A stretch of 64,000 nt of DNA from Eledone cirrhosa. Its lineage: Eukaryota. The position numbers were made by a program, and so were the translations under genes. Under the pieces are notes generated by a model that made no database searches, was not told where the DNA came from, and saw nothing but the letters and a program-made list of their open reading frames with translations. Positions 42,701-60,430 of the stretch are shown here, piece after piece; the first letter of the stretch is position 1; each line of letters opens with the position of its first letter. The stretch is from assembly GCA_964016885.1 (NCBI GenBank), contig OZ024743.1, positions 255,688,001 to 255,752,000 on the forward strand, read 5' to 3'.

Positions 42701-45700
42701 TAACAGTAACAACACCAACAATACTAGCACTAACAATAACAACACCAACAATACTACTACTAACAATAACAACACCAACAATACTACCACTAACAATAAC
42801 AGCACCAACAATACTACCACTAACAATAGCAGCACCAACAATACTACTACTAACAATAACAACACCAACAATACTACCACTAACAATAACAACACCAACA
42901 ATACTACCACTAACAATATCAGCACCAACAATACTACTACTAACAATAACAACACCAACAATAACACCACTAACAATAACAACACCAACGATAATTCCAC
43001 TAACAATAACAACACCAACAATACCACCACTAACAATAACAACACCAACAATACCACCACTAACAATAACAACACCAACAATACTACCACTAACAGTAAC
43101 AACACCAACAATACTACCACTAACAATAACAGCACCAACAATACCACCACTAACAATAACAACACCAACAATACTACTACTAACAATAACAACACCAACA
43201 ATACTACTACTAACAATAACAACACCAACAATACTACCACTAACAATAACAACACCAACAATACCACCACTAACAATAACAACACCAACAATACCACCAC
43301 TAACAATAACAACACCAACAATACTACCACTAACAATAACAACACCAACAATACCACCACTAACAATAACAACACCAACAATACTACTACTAACAATAAC
43401 AACACCAACAATACCACTACTAACAATAACAACACCAACAATACTACCACTAACAATAACAACACCAACAATACTACCACTAACAATAACAGCACCAACA
43501 ATACTACCACTAACAATAACAGCACCAACAATACTACTACTAACAATAACAACACCAACAATACTACCACTAACAATAACAACACCAACATTACTACTAC
43601 TAACAATAACTAACACCACCAATACTACCACTAACAATAACAACACCAACAATACTACCACTAACAATAACAACACCAACAATACTACCACTAACAATAA
43701 CAGCACCAACAATACTACCACTAACAATAACAACACCAACAATACTACCACTAACAATAACAACACCAACAATACTACCACTAACAATAACAACACCAAC
43801 AATACTACCACTAACAATAACAACACCAACAATACTACCACTAACAATAACAACACCAACAATACTACCACTAACAATAACAACACCAACAATACTACCA
43901 CTAACAATATCAGCACCAACAATACTACTACTAACAATAACAACACCAACAATAACACCACTAACAATAACAACACCAACGATAATTCCACTAACAATAA
44001 CAACACCAACAATACCTCCACTAACAATAACAACACCAACAATACCACCACTAACAATAACAACACCAACAACACTACCACTAACAGTAACAACACCAAC
44101 AATACTACCACTAACAATAACAACACCAACAATACTACCACTAACAATAACAGCACCAACAATACTACCACTAACAATAACAGCACCAACAATACTACCA
44201 CTAACAATAACAACACCAACGATAATTCCACTAACAATAACAACACCAACAATACTACCACTAACAATAACAACACCAATAATACTACCACTAACAATAA
44301 CAACACCAACAATACTACCACTAACAATAACAACACCAACAATACCACCACTAACAATAACAACACCAACAATACTACCACTAACAGTAACAACACCAAC
44401 AATACTACCACTAACAATAACAACACCAACAATACTACCACTAACAATAACAACACCAACAATACTACCACTAACAATAACAACACCAACAATACTAACA
44501 TTAACAATAACAACACCAACAATACCACCACTAACAATAACAACACCAACAATACCACCACTAACAATAACAACACCAACAATACTACCACTAACAATAA
44601 CAACACCAACAATACTACCACTAACAATAACAACACCAACAATACTACCACTAACAATAACAACACCAACAATACTACCACTAACAATAACAACACCAAC
44701 AATACCACCACTAACAATAACAACACCAACAATACTACTACTAACAATAACAACACCAACAATACTACTACTAACAATAACAACACCAACAATACTACCA
44801 CTAACAATAACAACACCAACAATACCACCACTAACAATAACAGCACCAACAATACTACCACTAACAATAACAGCACCAACAATACTACTACTAACAATAA
44901 CAACACCAACAATACTACCACTAACAATAACAACACCAACGATAATTCCACTAACAATAACAACACCAACAATACCTCCACTAACAATAACAACACCAAC
45001 AATACCACCACTAACAATAACAACACCAACAATACCACCACTAACAATAACAACACCAACAATACCACCACTAACAATAACAACACCAACAATACCACCA
45101 CTAACAATAACAACACCAACAATACCACGACTAACAATAACAACACCAACAATACTACCACTAACAATAACAACACCAACAATACCACCACTAACAATAA
45201 CAACACCAACAATACCACCACTAACAATAACAACACCAACAATACTACCACTAACAGTAACAACACCAACAATACTACCACTAACAATAACAACACCAAC
45301 AATACTACCACTAACAATAACAACACCAACGATACTACCACTAACAGTAACAACACCAACAATACTACCACTAACAATAACAACACCAACAATACTACCA
45401 CTAACAATAACAACACCAACAATACTACCACTAACAATAACAACACCAACAATACTAACATTAACAATAACAACACCAACAATACCACCACTAACAATAA
45501 CAACACCAACAATACCACCACTAACAATAACAACACCAACAATACTACCACTAACAATAACAACACCAACAATACTACCACTAACAATAACAACACCAAC
45601 AATACTACCACTAACAATAACAACACCAACAATACTACCACTAACAATAACAACACCAACAATACCACCACTAACAATAACAACACCAACAATACTACTA

Positions 45701-48700
45701 CTAACAATAACAACACCAACAATACTACTACTAACAATAACAACACCAACAATACTACCACTAACAATAACAACACCAACAATACTACTACTAACAATAA
45801 CAACACCAACAATACTACCACTAACAATAACAACACCAACGATAATTCCACTAACAATAACAACACCAACAATACTACCACTAACAATAACAACACCAAC
45901 GATAATTCCACTAACAATAACAACACCAACAATACTACTACTAACAATAACAACACCAACAATACTACTACTAACAATAACAACACCAACAATACTACCA
46001 CTAACAATAACAACACCAACAATACTACCACTAACAATAACAACACCAACGATAATTCCACTAACAATAACAACACCAACAATACCACCACTAACAATAA
46101 CAACACCAACAATACCACCATTAACAATAACCACACCAACGATACTACCACTAACAGTAACAACACCAACAATACTACCACTAACAATAACAGCACCAAC
46201 AATACTACTACTAACAATAACAACACCAACGATACTACCACTAACAATAACAACACCAACAATACTACCACTAACAATAACAACACCAACAATACTACCA
46301 CTAACAATAACAACACCAACAATACCACCACTAACAATAACAACACCAACAATACTACCACTAACGATAACAACACCAACAATACTACCACTAACAATAA
46401 CAACACCAACAATACTACCACTAACTATAACAACACCAACAATACTACCACTAACAATAACAACACCAACAATACTACCACTAACAATAACAACACCAAC
46501 AATACCACCACTAACAATAACAACACAAACAATACTACCACTAACAATAACAACACCAACAATACTACCACTAACAATAACAGCACCAACAATACTACTA
46601 CTAACAATAACAACACCAACAATACTACCACTAACAATAACAGCACCAACAATACTACCACTAACAATAACAGCACCAACAATACTACTACTAACAATAA
46701 CAACACCAACAATACTACCACTAACAATAACAACACCAACATTACTACTACTAACAATAACAACACCACCAATACTACCACTAACAATAACAACACCAAC
46801 AATACTACTACTAACAATAACAACACCAACAATACCACCACTAACAATAACAACACCAACAATACCACGACTAACAATAACAACACCAACAATACTACCA
46901 CTAACAATAACAACACCAACAATACTACCACTAACAATAACAACACCAACAATACTACCACTAACAATAACAACACCAACAATACCACCACTAACAATAA
47001 CAACACCAACAATACTACCACTAACAATAACAACACCAACAATACTACCACTAACAATAACAACACCAACAATACCACCACTAACAATAACAACACCACC
47101 AATACTACCACTAACAATAACAACACCAACAATACTACTACTAACAATAACAACACCAACAATACCACCACTAACAATAACAACACCAACAATACCACGA
47201 CTAACAATAACAACACCAACAATACTACCACTAACAATAACAACACCAACAATACTACTACTAACAATAACAACACCAACAATACTACCACTAACAATAA
47301 CAACACCAACAATACCACCACTAACAATAACAGCACCAACAATACTACCACTAACAATAACAGCACCAACAATACTACTACTAACAATAACAACACCAAC
47401 AATACTACCACTAACAATAACAACACCAACGATAATTCCACTAACAATAACAACACCAACAATACCTCCACTAACAATAACAACACCAACAATACCACCA
47501 CTAACAATAACACCACCAACAATACTACCACTAACAGTAACAACACCAACAATACTACCACTAACAATAACAACACCAACAATACTACCACTAACAATAA
47601 CAGCACCAACAATACTACCACTAACAATAACAGCACCAACAATACTACCACTAACAATAACAAAACCAACAATACCACCACTAACAATAACAACACCAAC
47701 AATACCTCCACTAACAATAACAACACCAACAATACTACTACTAACAATAACAACACCAACAATACTACCACTAACAATAACAACACCAACAATACTACCA
47801 CTAACAATAACAACACCAACAATACCACCACTAAAAATAACAACACCAACAATACTACCACTAACAATAAAAACACCAACAAGACCACCACTAACAATAA
47901 CAACACCAACAATACTACCAATAACAATAACAACACCAACAATACTACCACTAACAATAACAACACCAACAATACTACCACTAACAATAACAACACCAAC
48001 AATACCACCACTAACAATAACAGCACCAACAATACTACTACTAACAATAACAACACCAACAATACTACCACTAACAATAACAACACCAACAATACTACCA
48101 CTAACAATAACAACACCAACAATACTACCACTAACAATAACAGCACCAACAATACTACTACTAACAATAACAACACCAACAATACCACCACTAACAATAA
48201 CAACACCAACAATACTATTACTAACAATAACAACACCAACAATACTACCACTAACAATAACAACACCAACAATACTACCACTAACAATAACAACACCAAC
48301 AATACTACCACTAACAATATCAACACCAACAATACTATTACTAACAATAACAACACCAACAATACTACCACTAACAATAACAGCACCAACAATACTACTA
48401 CTAACAATAACAACACCAACAATACCACCACTAACAATAACAACACCAACAATACTATTACTAACAATAACAACACCAACAATACTACCACTAACAATAA
48501 CAGCACCAACAATACTACTACTAACAATAACAACACCAACAATACCACCACTAACAATAACAACACCAACAATACTATTACTAACAATAACAACACCAAC
48601 AATACCACCACTAACAATAACAACACCAACAATACTACCACTAACAATAACAACACCAACAATACTACCACTAACAATAACAACACCAACAATACTACCA

Positions 48701-51700
48701 CTAACAATAACAACACCAACAATACCACCACTAACAATAACAACACCAACAATACTACCACTAACAGTAACAACACCAACAATACCACTACTACCAATAA
48801 CAACACCAATAATACTACCACTAACAATAACAACACCAACAATACTATTACTAACAATAACAACACCAACAATACCACCACTAACAATAACAACACCAAC
48901 AATACTACCACTAACAATAACAACACCAACAATACTACCACTAACAATAACAACACCAACAATACTACCACTAACAATAACAACACCAACAATACCACCA
49001 CTAACAATAACAACACCAACAATACTACCACTAACAGTAACAACACCAACAATACCACTACTACCAATAACAACACCAATAATACTACTACTAACAATAT
49101 CAACACCAACAATACTACCACTAACAATAACAACACCAACAATACCACCACTAACAATAACAACACCAACAATACTACCACTAACAGTAACAACACCAAC
49201 AATACCACTACTACCAATAACAACACCAATAATACTACCACTAACAATATCAACACCAACAATACCACCACTAACAATAACAACACCAACGATAATTCCA
49301 CTAACAATAACAACACCAACAATACTACCACTAACAATAACAACACCAACAATACCACCACTAACAATAACAACACCAACAATACTACTACTAACAATAA
49401 CAACACCAACAATACCACCACTAACAATAACAACACCAACAATACTACTACTAACAATAACAACACCAACAATACCACCACTAACAATAACAACACCAAC
49501 AATACTACCACTAACAATAACAACACCAACAATACCACCACTAACAATAACAACACCAACAATACTACCACTAACAATAACAGCACCAACAATACTACTA
49601 CTAACAATAACAACACCAACAATAACACCACTAACAATAACAACACCAACGATAATTCCACTAACAATAACAACACCAACAATACCTCCACTAACAATAA
49701 CAACACCAACAATACCTCCACTAACAATAACAACACCAACAATACTACCAGTAATAATAACAGCACCAACAATACTACTACTAACAATAACAACACCAAC
49801 AATAATACCAATAACAATAACAGCACCAACAATACTACCACTAACAATAACAGCACCAACAATACTACTACTAACAATAACAACACCAACAATAACACCA
49901 CTAACAATAACAACACCAACGATAATTCCACTAACAATAACAACACCAACAATACCACCACTAACAATAACAACACCAACAATACCACCATTAACAATAA
50001 CCACACCAACGATACTACCACTAACAGTAACAACACCAACAATACTACCACTAACAATAACAACACCAACAATACCACGACTAACAATAACAACACCAAC
50101 AATACTACTACTAACAATAACAACACCAACAATACCACCACTAACAATAACAACACCAACAATAACACCACTAACAATAACAACACCAACGATACTACCA
50201 CTAACAGTAACAACACCAACAATACTACTACTAACAATAACAACACCAACAATACTACCACTAACAATAACAACACCAACAATACTACCACTAACAATAA
50301 CAACACCAACAATACTACCACTAACAATAACAACACCAACAATAACACCACTAACAATAACAACACCAACAATACTACTACTAACAATAACAACACCAAC
50401 AATACTACCACTAACAATAACAACACCAACAATACTACCACTAACAATAACAACACCAACAATAACACCACTAACAATAACAACACCAACAATACTACTA
50501 CTAACAATAACAACACCAACAATACTACCACTAACAATAACAACACCAACAATACCACCACTAACAATAACAACACCAACAATACTACCACTAACAATAA
50601 CAACACCAACAATACTACCACTAACAATAACAACACCAACAATACTACTACTAACAATAACAACACCAACAATACTACCACTAACAATAACAACACCAAC
50701 AATACTACCACTAACAATAACAACACCAACAATACTACCACTAACAATAACAACACCAACAATACTACCACTAACAATAACAACACCAACAATACTACCA
50801 CTAACAATAACAACACCAACAATACTACCACTAACAATAACAACACCAACAATACTACCACTAACAATAACAACACCAACAATACTACCACTAACAATAA
50901 CAACACCAACAATACTACCACTAACAATAACAACACCAACAATACTACAACTAAAAATAACAACACCAACAATACTACCACTAACAATAACAACACCGAC
51001 AATACTACCACTAACAATAACAACACCAACAATACCACCACTAACAATAACAGCACCAACAATACTACCACTAACAATAACAACACCAACAATACTACCA
51101 CTAACAATAACAACAATACCACCAATAACAATAACAACACCAACAATACCACTACTAACAATAACAACACCAACAATACCACCACTAACAATAACACCAC
51201 CAACAATACTACCACTAACAGTAACAACACCAACAATACCACCACTAACAATAACACCACCAACAATACTACCACTAACAATAACAACACCAACAATACT
51301 ACCACTAACAATAACAACACCAACAATAACACCACTAACAATAACAACACCAACGATAATTCCACTAACAATAACATAACCAACAATACCACCACTAAAA
51401 ATAACAACACCAACAATACCTCCACTAACAGTAACAACACCAACAATACTACCACTAACAATAACAACACCAACAATACTACCACTAACGATAACAACAC
51501 CAAAAATACTACTACTAACAATAACAACACCAACAATACTCCTACTAACAATAACAACACCAACAATACTACCACTAACAATAACAACACCAACAATACC
51601 ACCACTAACAATAACAACACCAACAATAATACTACTAACAATAACAACACCAACAATACCACCACTAACAATAACAACACCAACAATACTACCACTAACA

Positions 51701-54700
51701 ATAACAACACCAACAATACCACCACTAACAATAACAACACCAACAATACCACCACTAACAATAACAACACCAACAATACCACCACTAACAATAACAACAC
51801 CAACAATACCACCACTAACAATAACAACACCAACAATACCACCACTAACAATAACAACACCAACAATACTACCACTAACAATAACAACACCAACAATACT
51901 ACCACTAACAATAACAACACCAACAATACTACCACTAACAATAACAACACCAACAATACCACCACTAACAATAACAACACCAACAATACTACCACTAACA
52001 ATAACAATACCAACAATAATTCCACTAACAATAACAACAATACTACCACTAACAATAACAACACCAACAATACTACTACTAACAATAACAACACCAACAA
52101 TACTACCACTAACAATAACAACACCAACAATACCACCACTAACAATAACAACACCAACAATACCACCACTAACAATAACAACACCAACAATACCACCACT
52201 AACAATAACAACACCAACAATACTACCACTAACAATAACAACACCAACAATACCACCACTAACAATAACAACACCAACAATACTACCACTAACAATAACA
52301 GCACCAACAATACCACCACTAACAATAACAACACCAACAATACTACCACTAACAATAACAACACCAACAATAACACCACTAACAATAACAACACCAACAA
52401 TACTACCACTAACAATAACAACACCAACAATACTACCACTAACAATAACAACACCAACAATACTACTACTAACAATAACAACACCAACAATACCACCACT
52501 AACAATAACAGCACCAACAATACTACTACTAACAATAACAACACCAACAATACTACCACTAACAATAACAACACCAACAATACTACTACTAACAATAACA
52601 ACACCAACAATACCACCACTAACAATAACAACACCAACAATACCACCACTAACAATAACAACACCAACAATACTACTAGTAACAATAACAACACCAACAA
52701 TACCACCACTAACAATAACAACACCAACAATACTACTACTAACAATAACAACACCAACAATACTACCACTAACAATAACAACACCAACAATACTACTACT
52801 AACAATAACAACACCAACAATACCACCACTAACAATAACAACACCAACAATACCACCACTAACAATAACAACACCAACAATACTACTAGTAACAATAACA
52901 ACACCAACAATACCACCACTAACAATAACAACACCAACAATACCACCACTAACAATAACAACACCAACAATACTACTACTAACAATAACAACACCAACAA
53001 TACTACTACTAACAATAACAACACCAACTATACCACCACTAACAATAACAACACCAACAATACTACTACTAACAATAACAACACCAACAATACCACCACT
53101 AACAATAACAACACCAACAATACCACCACTAACAATAACAACACCAACAATACCACCACTAACAATAACAACACCAACAATACTACCACTAACAATAACA
53201 ACACTAACAATAACAACACCAACAATACTACCACTAACAATAACAACACCAACAATACCACCACTAACAATAACAACACCAACAATACTACCACTAACAA
53301 TAACAACACCAACGATACTACCACTAACAATAACAACACCAACAATACTACCACTAACAATAACAACACTAACAATAACAACACCAACGATACTACCACT
53401 AACAATAACAACACCAACAATACTACCACTAACAATACCACCACTAACGATAACAACACCAACAATACTACTACTAACAATAACAACACCAACAATACCA
53501 CCACTAACAATAACAACACCAACAATACTACCACTAACAATAACAACACCAACGATACTACCACTAACAATAACAACACCAACAATACTACCACTAACAA
53601 TAACAACACCAACAATACTACTACTAACAATAACAACACCAACAATACTACTACTAACAATAACAACACCAACAATACTACCATTAACAATAACAACACC
53701 AACAATACTACCACTAACAATAACAACACCAACAATACTACCACTAACAATAACAACACCAACAATACTACCACTAACAATAACAACACCAACAATACTA
53801 CCACTACTAACAATAACAACACCAACAATACCACCACTAACGATAACAACACCAACAATACTACCACTAACAATAACAACACCAACAATACCACCACTAA
53901 CAATAACAACACCAACAATTCTACCACTAACAATAACAACACCAACAATACTACTACTAACAATAACAACACCAACAATTCCACCACTAACAATAACAAC
54001 ATCAACAATACCACCACCACTAACAATAACAACACCAACAATACTACCACTAACAATAACAACACCAACAATACTACCACTAACAATAACAACACCAACA
54101 ATACTACCACTAACAATAACAACACCAACAATACTACCACTAACAATAACAACACCAACAATACTACTACTAACAATAACAACACCAACAATTCCACCAC
54201 TAACAATAACAACACCAACAATACTACCACTAACAATAACAACACCAACAATACTACCACTAACAATAACAACACCAACAATACTACTACTAACAATAAC
54301 AACACCAACAATACTACCACTAACAATAACAACACCAACAATACTACCACTAACAATAACAACACCAACAATACTACTACTAACAATAACAACACCAACA
54401 ATACTACCACTAACAATAACAACACCAACAATACTACCACTAACAATAACAACACCAACAATACTACTACTAACAATAACAACACCAACAATACTACCAC
54501 TAACAATAACAACACCAACAATACTACCACTAACAATAACAACACCAACAATACTACCACTGACAATAACAACACCAACAATACTACCACTAACAATAAC
54601 AACACCAACAATACTACCACTAACAATAACAACACCAACAATACTACCACTACTAACAATAACAACACCAACAATACTACCACTAACGATAACAACACCA

Positions 54701-57700
54701 ACAATACTACCACTAACAATAACAGCACCAACAATACTACCACTAACAATAACAGCACCAACAATACTACTACTAACAATAACAACACCAACAATAACAC
54801 CACTAACAATAACAACACCAACGATAATTCCACTAACAATAACAACACCAACAATACCACCACTAACAATAACAAAACCAACAATACCACCACTAACAAT
54901 AACAACACAAACAATACTACCACTAACAATAACAACACCAACAATACTACCACTAACAATAACAACACCAACAATACTACCACTAACAATAACAGCACCA
55001 ACAATACTACCACTAACAATAACAACACCAACAATACTACCACTAACAATAACAACACCAACAAGACCACCACTAACAATAACAGCACCAACAATACTAC
55101 TACTAACAATAACAACACCAACAATACTACCACTAACAATAACAACACCAACAATACTACTACTAACAATAACAACACCAACAATACTACCACTAACAAT
55201 AACAACACCAACAAGACCACCACTAACAATAACAACACCACCAATACTACTACTAACAATAACAACACCAACAATACTACCACTAACAATAACAACACCA
55301 ACAATACTACTACTAACAATAACAACACCAACAATACTACCACTAACAATAACAACACCAACATTACTACTACTAGCAATAACAACACCACCAATACTAC
55401 TACTAACAATAACAACATCAACAATACTACCACTAACAATAACAACACCACCAATACTACTACTAACAATAACAACACCAACAATACTACCACTAACAAT
55501 AACAACACCAACAATACTACCACTAACAATAACAACACCAACAATACTACTACTAACAATAACAACACCAACAATACTACCACTAACAATAACAACACCA
55601 ACATTACTACTACTAGCAATAACAACACCACCAATACTACTACTAACAATAACAACACCAACAATACTACCACTAACAATAACAACACCACCAATACTAC
55701 TACTAACAATAACAACACCAACAATACCACCACTAACAATAACAACACCAACAATACTATTACTAACAATAACAACACCAACAATACTACCACTAACAAT
55801 AACAACACCAACAATACTACCACTAACAATAACAACACCAACAATACCACCACTAACAATAACAGCACCAACAATACTATTACTAACAATAACAACACCA
55901 ACAATACCACCACTAACAATAACAACACCAACAATACTATTACTAACAATAACAACACCAACAATACTACTACTAACAATAACAACACCAACAATACCAC
56001 CACTAACAATAACAACACCAACAATACTATTACTAACAATAACAACACCAACAATACCACCACTAACAATAACAACACCAACAATACTATTACTAACAAT
56101 AACAACACCAACAATACTACTACTAACAATAACAACACCAACAATACCACCACTAACAATAACAACACCAACAATACTATTACTAACAATAACAACACCA
56201 ACAATACTACCACTAACAATAACAACACCAACAATACTACCACTAACAATAACAACACCAACAATACCACCACTAACAATAACAGCACCAACAATACTAT
56301 TACTAACAATAACAACACCAACAATACCACCACTAACAATAACAACACCAACAATACTATTACTAACAATAACAACACCAACAATACTACTACTAACAAT
56401 AACAACACCAACAATACCACCACTAACAATAACAACACCAACAATACTATTACTAACAATAACAACACCAACAATACTACTACTAACAATAACAACACCA
56501 ACAATACTACCACTAACAATAACAACACCAACAATACCACCACTAACAATAACAACACCAACAATACTACCACTAACAATAACAACACCAACAATACTAC
56601 CACTAACAATAACAACACCAACAATACTACCACTAACAATAACAACACCAACAATACTACCACTAACAATAACAACACCAATAATACTACCACTAACAAT
56701 AACAACACCAACAATACTACCACTAACAATAACAGCACCAACAATACTACTACTAACAATAACAACACCAACAATACCACCTCTAACAATAACAACACCA
56801 ACAATACCACCACTAACAATAACAACACCAACAATACTATTACTAACAATAACAACACCAACAATACTACCACTAACAATAACAACACCAACAATACTAC
56901 CACTAACAATAACAACACCAACAATACCACCACTAACAATAACAGCACCAACAATACTACTACTAACAATAACAACACCAACAATACCACCTCTAACAAT
57001 AACAACACCAACAATACCACCACTAACAATAACAACACCAACAATACTACCACTAACAATAACAACACCAACAATACTACCACTAACAATAACAACACCA
57101 ACAATACTACTACTAACAATAACAACACCAACAATACTCCTACTAACAATAACAACACCAACAATACTACCACTAACAATAACAACACCAACAATACTAC
57201 CACTAACAATAACAACACCAACAATACTACCACTAACAATAACAACACCAACAATACTACCACTAACAATAACAACACCAACAATACTACTACTAACAAT
57301 AACAACACCAACAATACTCCTACTAACAATAACAACACCAACAATACCACCACTAACAATAACAACACCAACAATACCACCACTAACAATAACAACACCA
57401 ACAATACCACCACTAACAATAACAACACCAACAATACTACCACTAACAATAACAACACCAACAATACTACCACTAACAATAACAACACCAACAATACTAC
57501 CACTAACAATAACAACACCAACAATACTCCTACTAACAATAACAACACCAACAATACCACCACTAACAATAACAACACCAACAATACCACCACTAACAAT
57601 AACAACACCAACAATACCACCACTAACAATAACAACACCAACAATACCACCACTAACAATAACAACACCAACAATACCACCACTAACAATAACAACACCA

Positions 57701-60430
57701 ACAATACCACCACTAACAATAACAACACCAACAATACCACCACTAACAATAACAACACCAACAATACTACCACTAACAATAACAACACCAACAATACTAC
57801 CACTAACAATAACAACACCAACAATACTCCTACTAACAATAACAACACCAACAATACTACCACTAACAATAACAACACCAACAATACCACCACTAACAAT
57901 AACAACACCAACAATACTACCACTAACAATAACAACACCAACAATACTACCACTAACAATAACAACACCAACAATACTCCTACTAACAATAACAACACCA
58001 ACAATACTACCACTAACAATAACAACACCAACAATACTACCACTAACAATAACAACACCAACAATACCACCACTAACAATAACAACAGCAACAATACCAC
58101 CACTAACAATAACAATACCAACAATAATTCCACTAACAATAACAACAATACTACCACTAACAATAACAACACCAACAATACTACTACTAACAATAACAAC
58201 ACCAACAATACTACCACTAACAATAACAACACCAACAATACCACCACTAACAATAACAACACCAACAATACCACCACTAACAATAACAACACCAACAATA
58301 CTACCACTAACAATAACAACACCTACAATACTACCACTAACAATAACAACACCAACAATACTACCACTAACAATAACAACACCAACAATACCACCACTAA
58401 CAATAACAACACCTACAATACCACCACTAACAATAACAACACCAACAATACTACCACTAACAATAACAACACCAACAATACTACCACTAACAATAACAAC
58501 ACCAACAAAACTACTAACAATAACAACACCAACAATACTACCACTAACAATAACAACACCAACAAAACTACTAACAATAACAACACCAACAATACCACCA
58601 CTAACAATAACAACACCTACAATACCACCACTAACAATAACAACACCAACAATACCACCACTAACATTAACAACACCAACAAAACTACTAACAATAACAA
58701 CACCAACAATACTACCACTAACAATAACAACACCAACAAAACTACTAACAATAACAACACCAACAATACTACCACTAACAATAACAACACCAACAAAACT
58801 ACTAACAATAACAACACCAACAATACCACCACTAACAATAACAACACCTACAATACCACCACTAACAATAACAACACCAACAATACTACCACTAACAATA
58901 ACAACACCAACAATACTACCACTAACAATAACAACACCAACAAAACTACTAACAATAACAACACCAACAATACCACCACTAACAATAACAACACCAACAA
59001 TACTACTACTAACAATAACAACACCAACAATACTACTACTAACAATAACAACACCAACTATTCTACCACTAACAATAACAACACCAACAATACTACTACT
59101 AACAATAACAACACCAACAATACCACCACTAACAATAACAACACCAACAATACCACCACTAACAATAACAACACCAACAATACTACCACTAACAATAACA
59201 ACACCAACTATACCACCACTAACAATAACAACACCAACAATACTACTACTAACAATAACAACACCAACAATACCACCACTAACAATAACAACACCAACAA
59301 TACCACCACTAACAATAACAACACCAACAATACTACCACTAACAATAACAACACTAACAATACTACCACTAACAATAACAACACCAACAATACCACCACT
59401 AACAATAACAACACCAACAATACTACTACTAACAATAACAACACCAACAATACTACTACTAACAATAACAACACCAACTATACCACCACTAACAATAACA
59501 ACACCAACAATACTACTACTAACAATAACAACACCAACAATACCACCACTAACAATAACAACACCAACAATACCACCACTAACAATAACAACACCAACAA
59601 TACTACCACTAACGATAACAACACCAACAATACTACCACTAACAATAACAACACCAACAATACCACCACTAACAATAACAACACTAACAATAACAACACC
59701 AACAATACCACCACTAACAATAACAACACCAACAATACTACCACTAACAATAACAACACTAACAATAACAACACCAACAATACCACCACTAACAATAACA
59801 ACACCAACAATACTACCACTAACAATAACAACACCAACAATACTACTACTAACAATAACAACACCAACAATACTACCACTAACAATAACAACACCAACAA
59901 TACTACTACTAACAATAACAACACCAACAATACTACTACTAACAATAACAACACCAACAATACTACCACTAACAATAACAACACCAACAATACTACCACT
60001 AACAATAACAACACCAACAATACTACCACTAACAATAACAACACCAACAATACTACCACTAACAATAACAACACCAACAATACTACCACTAACAATAACA
60101 ACACCAACAATACTACCACTAACAATAACAACACCAACAATACTACCACTAACAATAACAACACCAACAATACCACCACTAACAATAACAACACCAACAA
60201 TAACACCACTAACAATAACAACACCAACAATACTACCACTAACAATAACAACACCAACAATACCACCACTAACAATAACAACACCAACAATACTACCACT
60301 AACAATAACAACACCAACAATACTACCACTAACAATAACAACACCAACAATACTACCACCACTAATAATAACAACACCAACAATACCACCACTAACAATA
60401 ACAACACCGACAATACTACCACTAACAATA
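15740..60430. repeat. Giant 30-bp tandem repeat (minisatellite/satellite) array, ~44.7 kb, ~1,490 units; consensus AACAATACTACCACTAACAATAACAACACC
   Basis: Continuous head-to-tail units. Consensus composition is 16 A, 10 C, 4 T and 0 G. Common variants are ACT/ACC at triplets 3 and 4 and AAC>AGC. No inserted foreign sequence seen. Confidence 0.99.

Noticed and set aside
16620-50004. (TILPLTITTP)n plus-strand and (GVVIVSGSIV)n minus-strand ORFs as mucin or beta-solenoid proteins
   Set aside because: The commonest repeat variants are non-synonymous in these frames (L/P, G/S), the starts are chance variant codons within the array, and there are no unique domains.
15740-60430. CRISPR-like array or telomeric repeat
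   Set aside because: There are no unique spacers or cas genes and the context is eukaryotic. The unit is not TTAGGG-type and the array has ordinary flanks on both sides.
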